Part shown: piece by piece, positions 51,901-56,814 of the stretch
How positions within the stretch are numbered: the stretch's first letter is position 1
Layout: every line of letters begins with the position of its first letter
The notes under the pieces: model-generated
Databases searched by the model: none
What the model saw: the letters and a program-made list of their open reading frames with translations, nothing else
What the model was told of the DNA's origin: nothing
Origin: Amphiscolops sp. MND2022
Lineage: Eukaryota
Direction of reading: 5' to 3'
Length of the DNA stretch: 64,000 nucleotides
Assembly: GCA_964187785.1 (NCBI GenBank)
Contig: OZ076418.1
Coordinates: 23,126,001-23,190,000, forward strand
Program-made: the position numbers and the translations under genes

Positions 51901-52855
51901 ACACTTTCAACCAGTTATACTGTGGACCTACTGTTGTTTTGACTCGATTAACTAATTATCAACTTCAAATACTTGAAAAATCCAAAATGACGGAGCTTCA
52001 TGGCAAAAGGCGGTTGTTCAAAGAGTTGTTCATAGGACACTGAGATATACCTTCATCTCATTGGCGACTTTTTATTCGAGACAAAAAAGTAAGTAGAGCA
52101 AAGTTAGGACTTACAATTAGTAAGTAGTAAAGAGTGTTATTAAGTTATCATATTCCTTCTATGTTTTCCTCTATTACAAAATTTATAACAAACTCCTCTT
52201 TTGTACACAATGTAAGGCAAATCTTTTGTCTCTCAATTCGCCAATCGTGAATTGTTCAGAAACTGTGATCAATTATTGAAAGCATTTGAGTGATAGCCAG
52301 AGTTTTGACATCGCTAATTTTTTTCTCTAATCGCTAAACGGATAATTTCAAAATCGCTATTTCTCTGCAAATTTTTTTTTCTTCAAACTATTAAATGTTG
52401 AAATTCACTTTGAATTGTTTCAAATATAAACAATAACTTTATTCAACTATTACACGAAAAAAACTAGAATTTTTTATACTGTTTGCGTTTTACAGATGAA
52501 AACTCATTTTCAGACTCCTTCAAGTTGTATTTTCTGAGGAAATTTGGAATTTGAAGAATCTATTAGTTGCCGCTAATCTGAATCGCTGAAAAATTCTCTG
52601 CGGCCGCTAAATCGCCGATTAGCTGTGTCAAGCAAAACTGTGGTGGTAGTTAAATAAGATAGTGGTGTTGGTGGAGTGTCAGTATACTGACAGGAAGAGT
52701 TGTAGAGGAGCTTGTTGCTGAGCTGGGTGATGACCGCACTCTTGGGGAGGACCCCGATGTTGGTGGAGCTGTTCAGCACGTACAGAGGCGTGTAGTGGTC
52801 CAGGCCATTGAACACGACCGAGGGGTGCTGCTTCAACACCGTGCACTCCGGCGAA
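762..52855 (-). CDS. ZFYVE26: ZFYVE26/spastizin orthologue, multi-exon gene (partial: 5' and 3' ends outside window)
   Basis: About 33 minus-strand exons with GT-AG boundaries, mostly phase-compatible. FYVE domain (WVKDNEATHCCICGVEFGYVLARRHHCRTCGRVICSK/CRNF..VCLNC) is followed by C-terminal segments recognisably similar to spastizin as recalled (EFFYTNAPSFCLFESIVALH; WGLSALKTGALDEARAFFKKCL; EECAFYVETY; DYVRAGEDWCRIY; QRQVAEFL..MPTLLG). Exon order is collinear with spastizin. Confidence 0.88.
1463..1712 (-). CDS. ZFYVE26: ZFYVE26 exon
   Basis: LKGKVDLQRQVAEFL...MPTLLG...GFNLATDAIK; TTTTTAG acceptor, GTTATC donor. Confidence 0.8.
1781..1834 (-). CDS. ZFYVE26: ZFYVE26 small exon (54 nt, not in ORF track)
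   Basis: TTTGCAG acceptor, PGSKLEGNKYLTSTELNC, GTAATT donor; phases fit both neighbours; 68-nt downstream intron. Confidence 0.7.
2566..3217 (+). mobile_element. Helentron/DINE-like non-autonomous element, family A
   Basis: Subterminal inverted AGTCGGCGC/GCGCCGACT, internal tandem ~70-bp AAGGGTCCCCC units, 3' hairpin GCCG-TTCT-CGGC then TTG. Confidence 0.6.
3971..4113 (-). CDS. ZFYVE26: ZFYVE26 exon (not in ORF track)
   Basis: GTTTCAG acceptor; DYVRAGEDWCRIYDGVIVESYKQLYEKHSHLLAEADQCF; GTTAGT donor; phases fit. Confidence 0.8.
4199..4920 (-). mobile_element. family A element
   Basis: Same termini in reverse orientation. Confidence 0.55.
5087..5263 (-). CDS. ZFYVE26: ZFYVE26 exon
   Basis: VAVQLGEK...ELLRQIQESNTDKAFWRKFLL...LALE; phase 0/0, GTAAAA donor. 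Confidence 0.75.
5829..6014 (-). CDS. ZFYVE26: ZFYVE26 exon
   Basis: IPLLTNNLQRLEECAFYVETYLPCRNLVSFY...NLFK; CCTTTCAG acceptor, GTAACT donor. Confidence 0.8.
6870..6914 (-). CDS. ZFYVE26: ZFYVE26 micro-exon (45 nt)
   Basis: TTTCTTTAG acceptor, FEDFWVKMEDELKSE, GTAAGA donor, phase 0/0. Confidence 0.6.
6967..7514 (+). mobile_element. family A element
   Basis: TTTTAGCCGGCGC ... GCGCCGGCT-TTAGACGTTCCCGTCTTGTT. Confidence 0.6.
7786..7878 (-). CDS. ZFYVE26: ZFYVE26 exon (93 nt)
   Basis: GTTTTAG acceptor; SRSLKNEDLVKEIIETMETNV...; phase 0/0. Confidence 0.65.
8950..9385 (-). CDS. ZFYVE26: ZFYVE26 exon
   Basis: LMQNLMGMAQSK...ALQLLLRIEYDSIPNL...WGLSALKTGALDEARAFFKKCLDS; CACAG acceptor, GTAAGA donor. 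Confidence 0.85.
9775..10051 (-). CDS. ZFYVE26: ZFYVE26 exon
   Basis: FWKLPSAEEDAHEVIGEFFYTNAPSFCLFESIVALH...; GTGAGT donor, phase fits next exon. Confidence 0.8.
10559..10659 (-). CDS. ZFYVE26: ZFYVE26 exon, C-terminal half of FYVE (donor uncertain: 10559 or 10537)
   Basis: TTTCCAG acceptor; (K)CRNFHEINSTPISVCLNCLK completes the FYVE cysteine set. Confidence 0.7.
11225..11385 (-). CDS. ZFYVE26: ZFYVE26 exon, FYVE domain
   Basis: WxxD (WVKD), CxxC, RRHHCRxCG, VICSK; GTAAGT donor. Confidence 0.9.
11860..12331 (-). CDS. ZFYVE26: ZFYVE26 exon (donor position approximate)
   Basis: KYLHLIRTPHLIIDQLFMNSDIESLKKIF...ILHYARLAM, resembling the spastizin pre-FYVE segment. Confidence 0.7.
12860..13100 (-). 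mobile_element. Helentron-like family B element (other copies start near 8205, 15901, 17040, 23966)
   Basis: End AACAAGACGCCCGC..(C)GGGATATTTTCCGCCC; 11-bp subterminal inverted repeat ATTTTCCGCCC / GGGCGGAAAAT; terminal CCCG-loop-CGGG hairpin. Confidence 0.55.
13420..13700 (+). repeat. interspersed repeat, second copy at about 17805-18150
   Basis: Shared GTTTACACCGCCTTTAATTCTTC...GGCGTACGAATGCATAATTACCACTCGCTCGTTCCATCGCA... Confidence 0.75.
14410..14681 (-). CDS. ZFYVE26: ZFYVE26 exon
   Basis: MAKMWCELNPNVDVEIREQVLLL...ITFLLDKI; GATTTAG acceptor, GTAAAG donor. Confidence 0.75.
15576..15707 (-). CDS. ZFYVE26: ZFYVE26 exon
   Basis: ILKLFPTKEKLDRSGQWVHVKEKFEKPTYDDIIKRVCTQYSRFK; phase 0/0. Confidence 0.7.
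17507..17575 (+). promoter_or_regulatory. tRNA-like Pol III internal promoter (A box and B box), probably a SINE head
   Basis: TGGCACAGTGGTTAA (A box) and GGTTCGAATCT (B box); no complete cloverleaf. Confidence 0.45.
18159..18668 (-). CDS. ZFYVE26: ZFYVE26 exon (510 nt)
   Basis: Open helical-looking ORF VSDSFKVYKVWAEKIL...VYLFRQ; GCCAG acceptor, GTATGC donor. Confidence 0.75.
20639..20855 (-). CDS. ZFYVE26: ZFYVE26 exon (donor approximate)
   Basis: TTTGTACCAG acceptor; GRLIEMIHEVTDVCHEIEH...SILQDIINSK; the exact donor and phase to the next exon are unresolved. Confidence 0.6.
21721..21931 (-). CDS. ZFYVE26: ZFYVE26 exon
   Basis: VQYDFNTIAGFADIMSG...LCKTYPLQDSIKKYL; phases fit neighbours. 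Confidence 0.7.
22239..22658 (+). mobile_element. hAT deletion derivative (420 bp)
   Basis: TIRs CAGGGTTGTAAAAA / CAGAGTTGTAAAAA; 8-bp duplication CTTTAAAG; remnant hAT dimerisation motif TSNIVERLFSRAKLTL. Confidence 0.88.
22702..22873. mobile_element. degenerate pogo-type MITE
   Basis: TA-CAGTTGAATCCCCCTAA ... TTAAGCGGAGTTGAATG-TA imperfect TIRs. Confidence 0.45.
22882..23208 (-). CDS. ZFYVE26: ZFYVE26 exon
   Basis: IVKPEEMREQ...DWLQKFVQFSR...FHSWK; TTGTTTAG acceptor, GTAAAG donor, 109 codons. Confidence 0.75.
23393..23468 (-). CDS. ZFYVE26: ZFYVE26 small exon (not in ORF track)
   Basis: WYIYHATLVSAEKLEPSPWQTLSNS; GTGAGT donor; phases fit. Confidence 0.6.
24074..24212. repeat. 16-bp tandem repeat (3 copies plus 1 degenerate) followed by a perfect 23-bp-arm hairpin
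   Basis: (TTTAGATCTTATTCCC)x3 at 24074-24121; TTAGTTACTTGACTATTTTAGTT-gactagt-AACTAAAATAGTCAAGTAACTAA at 24160-24212. Confidence 0.85.
24506..24869 (-). repeat. 3' LTR of Gypsy element 1
   Basis: Direct repeat of 36642-37005, preceded (minus sense) by the PPT. Confidence 0.95.
25000..26552 (-). pseudogene. degenerate env-like ORF between pol and the 3' LTR
   Basis: Sense-strand position typical of env; hydrophobic leader MFGICISFLFLFLPYLGIT then GIIFHENKKILLAEKFINVEFLLPFP; fragmented frames; possible C-terminal TM (LLVTFSITFLYCML). Confidence 0.4.
27055..27318 (+). CDS. antisense ORF: single-pass membrane protein with Cys cluster and K/E-rich tail
   Basis: VGVWVSLILSVLITVVLCLCC (about 21-aa hydrophobic stretch), then RDCRKQQAEFEKEEKK...; start not defined; may join ORF 26985-27176 through a 1-nt indel. 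Confidence 0.4.
   Translation: MTEETGASHVGVWVSLILSVLITVVLCLCCRDCRKQQAEFEKEEKKEEKEKKKEIPKREKKKKSVGLKAKRAYERKQKERRLKKTKY
27714..29011 (+). CDS. antisense 4-exon gene within the Gypsy element: integrase-type H2C2 zinc-binding-like domain plus OTU-like cysteine protease (333 aa)
   Basis: Exons 27714-28066, 28201-28472, 28551-28723, 28808-29011; introns GTAAGT..AG (134 nt), GTAAGA..AG (78 nt), GTAAGG..AG (84 nt). Splicing gives 1002 nt with no internal stop. Motifs: H..H..VKEFLHDCQTC; VGGECFFSS; ISEAAILATAWVLQTDLIVY; RFHCEP. Confidence 0.8.
29967..35238 (-). pseudogene. pol: pol of Gypsy element 1 (PR-RT-RNaseH-IN) with one frameshift and one nonsense codon
   Basis: Protease LIDTGA; 1-nt frameshift in a T-run near 34935; RT YVDD; RNase H ILTDAS..LTDNKSL; H2C2 (HNSKYAGH...CSSC); integrase core interrupted by in-frame TAA at 31896-98; long P/S/T-rich tail. 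Confidence 0.92.
35229..36449 (-). pseudogene. gag: gag of Gypsy element 1 (two in-frame stops)
   Basis: Capsid-like MAAIQPFVDLQPFKG..HLHLKGGALTFF; in-frame TAA 35973-75 and TGA 35538-40; N/Q-rich tract; CCHC knuckle CNYCNKFGHILSQC; ends at slippery A AAA AAC followed by TAA. Confidence 0.85.
36642..37005 (-). repeat. 5' LTR of Gypsy element 1
   Basis: Direct repeat of 24506-24869, followed (minus sense) by the PBS-like TGG motif. Confidence 0.95.
37071..37210 (-). CDS. ZFYVE26: probable ZFYVE26 exon
   Basis: AESRQSELWTNSRGTNKESYMMKLLFSEIRK...; phases fit flanking exons, but the acceptor (AAG) is weak. Confidence 0.45.
37820..38120 (+). repeat. interspersed repeat, second copy at about 39535-39970
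   Basis: Shared GTACTGAAA(A)CCTGACC..TTGGACGCAAATTATGT..GATAACGTTATACGAGAAATGAAAACGTTATA. Confidence 0.7.
38859..39077 (-). CDS. ZFYVE26: ZFYVE26 exon, second half of DUF547-like segment
   Basis: SQKDHMGLSCIIGGSVLERLAFELRLEYSLGEFGTLSAWQIRNCVLRKGRRPW; phase 0/0. Confidence 0.65.
40388..40868 (+). mobile_element. family A element
   Basis: TTTAGTCGGCGC ... GCGCCGACT-TTAGACGTTCCCGTCTTGTT. Confidence 0.65.
40764..41413. repeat. fold-back inverted duplication (arms about 240 bp, spacer 164 bp)
   Basis: 40764-41013 is the near-exact reverse complement of 41178-41413 (a few substitutions and one ~14-nt gap). Confidence 0.9.
41621..41739. repeat. hairpin/mini-MITE, ~50-bp arms and 13-nt loop
   Basis: ...GAAAGCCCAAAAACTGTACA-atccgaaatttcg-TGTACAGTTTTTGGGCTTCC... 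Confidence 0.8.
41752..41963 (-). CDS. ZFYVE26: ZFYVE26 exon, first half of DUF547-like segment
   Basis: LENDEQRFAFFCNVYNLMMIHGSVLEAKAIK; TTTTTAG acceptor, GTAGGA donor. Confidence 0.7.
42381..43026 (-). CDS. ZFYVE26: ZFYVE26 exon (646 nt)
   Basis: VFYEYVKKFASYL...LLTQSPTEIVCDMVFNKN...; CATTTCAG acceptor, GTAAGT donor. Confidence 0.8.
43110..43480 (-). mobile_element. family A element
   Basis: AACAAGCCGGGAACGGCCCAAGTCGGCGCC ... GCGCCGACTAAAA. Confidence 0.65.
44666..44924 (-). CDS. ZFYVE26: ZFYVE26 exon
   Basis: S/T/P-rich linker ...RKKLLKILDSALTTMSK...ARNELHE; GTGAGA donor. Confidence 0.6.
45305..45355 (-). CDS. ZFYVE26: possible ZFYVE26 micro-exon
   Basis: CATTTAG acceptor and GTCAGT donor reconcile the phases between the 45826 and 44924 exons (YLSSVVGRKKGARRERL). 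Confidence 0.4.
45826..46015 (-). CDS. ZFYVE26: ZFYVE26 exon
   Basis: DVWDEVGEKLQLYEP...; strong polypyrimidine acceptor, GTGAGT donor. Confidence 0.7.
46530..46778 (-). CDS. ZFYVE26: ZFYVE26 exon
   Basis: DVSVLDKIVNRASM...VRFDLICTCALSVDLTIDL; phases fit. Confidence 0.7.
47184..47362 (-). CDS. ZFYVE26: ZFYVE26 exon
   Basis: VVDQYGLQDCSVEDILRIEKSYEALF...ESDDD; GTGAGT donor. Confidence 0.7.
47812..48462 (+). mobile_element. family A element
   Basis: TTTTAGTCGGCGC ... GCGCCGACTTGGGCCGGTCCCGGCTTGTT with tandem AAGGGTCCCCC units. Confidence 0.65.
48580..48754. mobile_element. pogo/Tigger-type MITE (175 bp)
   Basis: 24-bp TIRs CAGTGGAAGC(C/T)GCTTA(T/A)ATGGGAC, TA duplications on both sides. Confidence 0.88.
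49013..49214 (-). CDS. ZFYVE26: ZFYVE26 exon
   Basis: AHLKLLTTPFHALTRCCL...VFQIIARNLTDHK; TCTCCGCAG acceptor, GTATGT donor. Confidence 0.65.
49618..50113 (+). mobile_element. 5'-truncated Penelope-like element (GIY-YIG endonuclease C-terminus plus pLTR-like tail)
   Basis: SHVIYDIASPGCSAQYVGQTQRHLKTRCKEH...ALEAIYI...LN; flanked by a 12-bp direct repeat ACTATTGAAGTC (49606-17, 50114-25). Confidence 0.85.
50058..50104 (+). ncRNA. putative minimal hammerhead ribozyme in the PLE tail
   Basis: CTGATGA - stem II (TAG/ATAAT/CTA with flanking G-C) - GAAAC - palindromic ACATGT loop - GTC cleavage triplet; stem I imperfect. Confidence 0.5.
50287..50574 (-). CDS. ZFYVE26: ZFYVE26 exon
   Basis: GFVASIPFIRDLLHILKQGV...FTDRLTKFETVLDEAVNRFLFV; GTACGT donor. 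Confidence 0.8.
51255..51770 (-). CDS. ZFYVE26: ZFYVE26 exon
   Basis: YHAFDAIQIACKALL...LQVETLENLFSLLFVKYSQL; phases fit. Confidence 0.8.
52692..52855 (-). CDS. ZFYVE26: ZFYVE26 exon (first exon seen in window)
   Basis: KQHPSVVFNGLDHYTPLYVLNS...; GTTCTAG acceptor, GTCAGT donor. Confidence 0.65.
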
Positions 52856-53217
52856 CTAGAACAAGACAAAACATTTAACCAACCATAAACCAGAACAAGC
52901 CGGGAACGGCCCAAGTCGGCGCCATATCTGTGTCATTCAGATGACTCATAATTTGATTGAATCAACTCATACATCAAAAAGTCATGAACAACCAATGAAA
53001 CTATTTATTTGATTGCCATTTTGGAAGGATTTTTACTTGTTGCAGTGTGGTTAGTTAACTTTTCAATGATTCATTAATCGCGGTAAAGAGAAAATCAGAA
53101 TTGTGCAACAACCCAAATATTGTTCAGATTTGAAAACAAAAAAGACTTTTGACAAATACCTGCAGCTTCTTCCCCAAGACGTTTTCCCCATAGGCGGAAC
53201 ATTCAAATCACAACATC

Positions 53218-56200
53218 ATGGAAAAAAGAGCAAGGGCGTTATCCCTCAGAAATTTCAATAAAGCATGTACAAGGTATGAGAACTTCTTGTTAACTTTTGA
53301 TCCCGATTTTGAAGAGCACCAAGAGATGTTCCAAGATGTGTCAAAAACATGGTTCAATGTCCAAAGTGCACATGAACGTTACATGTTAACAGTTAGTGAA
53401 GATACATATGAAGCTGAAATTTTGTGGATAGACGAACCTGAATCCAAATTCCATGAATTAAGATCGAAAAAATGCCAATTCGAAAAGACTTTAAAGGAAA
53501 AGACTTTGTCTCTAGAAAAAACGAACTTTGAAGAAAATGCTAAAAGAGTTGCCGAAAAGGAGGAAGATTTGAAAACGAATGAGCTTAGAGAAAGATGTCG
53601 CAAATTGAACGACAGATACAATATTGAACTGAATAGACTCAGTAACATTTGCCAATCTTTCGAAAACATCTCAGCGCCGAACGATAAAACATTGAAAGCA
53701 GTAAAAGGCGATTTTCAAAAACAACTTAAAGAAGTTACGGAGCTATTTGAGGCTCTTTCGGAAATGAAAGATTCGGGTGAACTAGAAGAATTGGACTCAA
53801 ATGTTTTTACAAAAATCTCTAACAAATTTGATGTTATCTTCTACCAAGCGTCGAAGTCTCTTCCGTGCCAAAGTGAGTGCGGTGGGGGGGATGCAGTAGA
53901 TGCAACACGAGTGCTAACGCACATGGAAAAAATGAAATTTCCCAAGTTTAGCGGTAACTGTAGAGATTGGCCACAGTTCAAAAAAGACTTCGAAAAACAA
54001 GTTTCTTCTGTCATCGTGGATGAGTCAACTGTCTCATATGCCTTACGAAACGCGTTGCCTGATAATGCGAAAAGTTTGGTCCGTAATATGAGCGACAATA
54101 TCAAAGAAATGTGGACACGATTAGAGGAGAGGTATGGCGATGAAGGCAAGATTGTAGAAATTGTTCTCAATGATATTAAACATTTCCGACCGATAAAAGA
54201 AAACGAAGAAAGACGTCTCCTGGCTTTTATTGACATCATAGAGAAAGCAAGTATGGAATTGAAATATCTAGGGCGGGAGCCTGAAATAAAAAACAGTACA
54301 ATTATTTCAATAATTGAAGAAAAATTGCCCGACGACTTGAGAAAAAAATGGATCGAAAGAATTTACGAGAAAGATAGTGCAATTGACAAAGGCGATAAGT
54401 TTCCCGGTTTTCTAAAATTTTTGTTGGAGAGGAAAATGGTAGTTGAATATGACTTGAATTTGTTGAAACGAAATAAAGAAGAAGTAAAGGCTAATGTTCG
54501 ACTGAACCTGGTAGGAGATAGTGGACAAAAGCCAGCTATTCCGAAATGTTTTTTGCATCCTGGATCAGAACATCGAACAGATGAATGCAGATTATTCCTG
54601 GACAAATCTGTTCGCGAGCGATCGGATCTAGTAAAAGAAAGAAGAGCGTGTTTTAATTGTCTCAATATAGGGCACACATCGCGAACATGTAAAAGCAGGA
54701 AGCAATGCCAGCAAAAGGAATGCGGGAGGAACCATCACACTCTCTTGCATGATAGTCATTTTCAAAAAGCAACCCAACAGACTAACAGTTTCTCTGCGAA
54801 GTGTAATATAGCAGGGGAAACTAGTTTGTTGCAAATCATGCCTATAGAGATTATCACTCCTACCCAGTCTAAGAATATCCTTTCTCTTTGGGACTCAGCT
54901 TCTACAGTGTCTTTAATTTTGAACTCAGTCAAAAACACCTTGAAAATTCCAGGCAAAGCTGTTTCTATTGTGATAAAAACACTTGGCCAAACAAAAAGAA
55001 AGCAAACCAAACTGTTCATGTTCAATATAAGAGATCAAGACGACAATCTCGTTCCCGTTGAAGCGTATGGTGTTGATCAAATATCGACTGAGGAATACAG
55101 TACAGAACCTCATCGAACAATTTTTCCGACGGAGTTTCAGAATCAGCAGGACAAAAGGGGATTTATTTCACTACTTTTGGGTTTGAACGTTGTACAGTAT
55201 CACCCTGTACCAGTAAAATGTTGTGGAAATTTTGCCTTGTTTGAAAATGCATTCGGAAAGTGTGTAAGTGGAACAGATCCAACAGCAAACTCAATCCAGT
55301 CTACTACAGTCAATTTTAATCAATCCAAAATTACGGTTGATGACTTCTACAAGATTGAAAACCTTGGAATTTCATGTAGTCCGAAATGTGGTAATTGCAA
55401 ATGCGGTCAGTGCGGACTAGGAGCTTCTGAATTTTCCATCAAAGATAAAAGAGAATTGGAACTAATTCATAACGGATTATCTTTAGAAAATAAAGTATGG
55501 ACTGCGAGATATCCTTGGATTAAGAATCCGTCCATTTTACCTAATAACAAATTAATTGCTGCAAAAATGTTACAAAACACTGAGAAGAGACTTTTGAAAG
55601 ACGAGAAACAAGCTGAAACTTATCAAAGTCAAATACAAGATATGTTGGATCGCGGTGTTGCTAAAAAATTGGATGCGGAAGACTTGAACTACGATGGTCC
55701 GGTGCATTACATTAGTCACCATGAGGTACTGAAGCAGGATTCTGCTTCCACGCCTTGCAGAATTGTTTTTAATGCATCTGCTAATTACAAAAACCACGTC
55801 CTCAACGACTATTGGGCGAAAGGTCCAGACCTTCTCGGAAACTTATCGGGTATCTTAGTAAAGTTCCGTGAAGACCATGTGGCTTACATTGGTGATATTC
55901 GAAAGATGTATCACACTATTCGAATGGCATTGGAAGACCAACACACCCACAGATTCCTATGGCGTGATTATCGTCTAAAGGACGAACCGGACGAATACAT
56001 GATGCAAGTGGTTTCTTTTGGAGACCGACCTGCAGCAACAATTGCTCAGCTAGTTTTGAGGAGAAAAGCGGAACTTGCTTCTGATGACTATAAAGAAGAA
56101 AAATTAGTTATTCGGAAGTCTACATATATGGATGACATAATTGATAGCGGCGAAACTTTGAACATTGCTAAAACTCGCACTACTAATCTGGAGACGATAC

Positions 56201-56814
56201 TTGGTGCTGGTTCTTTCAAAATTGAGAAATGGATTTTTTCAGGAGGGAAAGGAACCGAAGTTTGCCTTGCTAATACAGAAGAAAGTGAAAAAGTACTCGG
56301 ATTGACTTGGAGTTTGGAGAAAGATGTTTTTGAGTTTAAGTCTAAAGTAGTTATAAAAACAAAAGTTTCTAATAAGCAGTATACAAATTTGAATGATTTG
56401 AGAGCTGATCCCCCAGCGAGTCTAACAAGACGTCAAGCTCTTAGCCAACTCAATTCGATTTTCGACCCTTTGGGGCTAGCAACTCCCTTCACGGTTAAAG
56501 CAAAAGTTCTTATGAGAAGAACTTGGGAGGCCAACAGGGCGGATGATTGGGACGAAAGCCTTCCTCCGTCGCTGCTTGCCGAATGGATTACAATTTTTGA
56601 AGAGCTTTTTGAAATGAGAGATGTCTCTTTCCCTCGTTGTATCAAACCAAAAAATGCGGTGGGAAATCCTCAGTTAGTCGTCTTCAGCGATGCATCAAAA
56701 GAAGCTTTTGGTGCGTGTGCTTATGCTGTGTGGGAATTGGAGGACGGATCTCATGTATCGAATTTAATTTTAGCTAAAAGTAGATTAGCTCCTGTAGAGG
56801 TGAAAGTTATATAG
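53218..56814 (+). CDS. BEL/Pao gag-pol polyprotein, truncated by the Gypsy insertion (1198 aa)
   Basis: Uninterrupted ORF; the last residues (VEVKVI) are read from the inserted LTR. Confidence 0.9.
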   Translation: MEKRARALSLRNFNKACTRYENFLLTFDPDFEEHQEMFQDVSKTWFNVQSAHERYMLTVSEDTYEAEILWIDEPESKFHELRSKKCQFEKTLKEKTLSLEKTNFEENAKRVAEKEEDLKTNELRERCRKLNDRYNIELNRLSNICQSFENISAPNDKTLKAVKGDFQKQLKEVTELFEALSEMKDSGELEELDSNVFTKISNKFDVIFYQASKSLPCQSECGGGDAVDATRVLTHMEKMKFPKFSGNCRDWPQFKKDFEKQVSSVIVDESTVSYALRNALPDNAKSLVRNMSDNIKEMWTRLEERYGDEGKIVEIVLNDIKHFRPIKENEERRLLAFIDIIEKASMELKYLGREPEIKNSTIISIIEEKLPDDLRKKWIERIYEKDSAIDKGDKFPGFLKFLLERKMVVEYDLNLLKRNKEEVKANVRLNLVGDSGQKPAIPKCFLHPGSEHRTDECRLFLDKSVRERSDLVKERRACFNCLNIGHTSRTCKSRKQCQQKECGRNHHTLLHDSHFQKATQQTNSFSAKCNIAGETSLLQIMPIEIITPTQSKNILSLWDSASTVSLILNSVKNTLKIPGKAVSIVIKTLGQTKRKQTKLFMFNIRDQDDNLVPVEAYGVDQISTEEYSTEPHRTIFPTEFQNQQDKRGFISLLLGLNVVQYHPVPVKCCGNFALFENAFGKCVSGTDPTANSIQSTTVNFNQSKITVDDFYKIENLGISCSPKCGNCKCGQCGLGASEFSIKDKRELELIHNGLSLENKVWTARYPWIKNPSILPNNKLIAAKMLQNTEKRLLKDEKQAETYQSQIQDMLDRGVAKKLDAEDLNYDGPVHYISHHEVLKQDSASTPCRIVFNASANYKNHVLNDYWAKGPDLLGNLSGILVKFREDHVAYIGDIRKMYHTIRMALEDQHTHRFLWRDYRLKDEPDEYMMQVVSFGDRPAATIAQLVLRRKAELASDDYKEEKLVIRKSTYMDDIIDSGETLNIAKTRTTNLETILGAGSFKIEKWIFSGGKGTEVCLANTEESEKVLGLTWSLEKDVFEFKSKVVIKTKVSNKQYTNLNDLRADPPASLTRRQALSQLNSIFDPLGLATPFTVKAKVLMRRTWEANRADDWDESLPPSLLAEWITIFEELFEMRDVSFPRCIKPKNAVGNPQLVVFSDASKEAFGACAYAVWELEDGSHVSNLILAKSRLAPVEVKVI

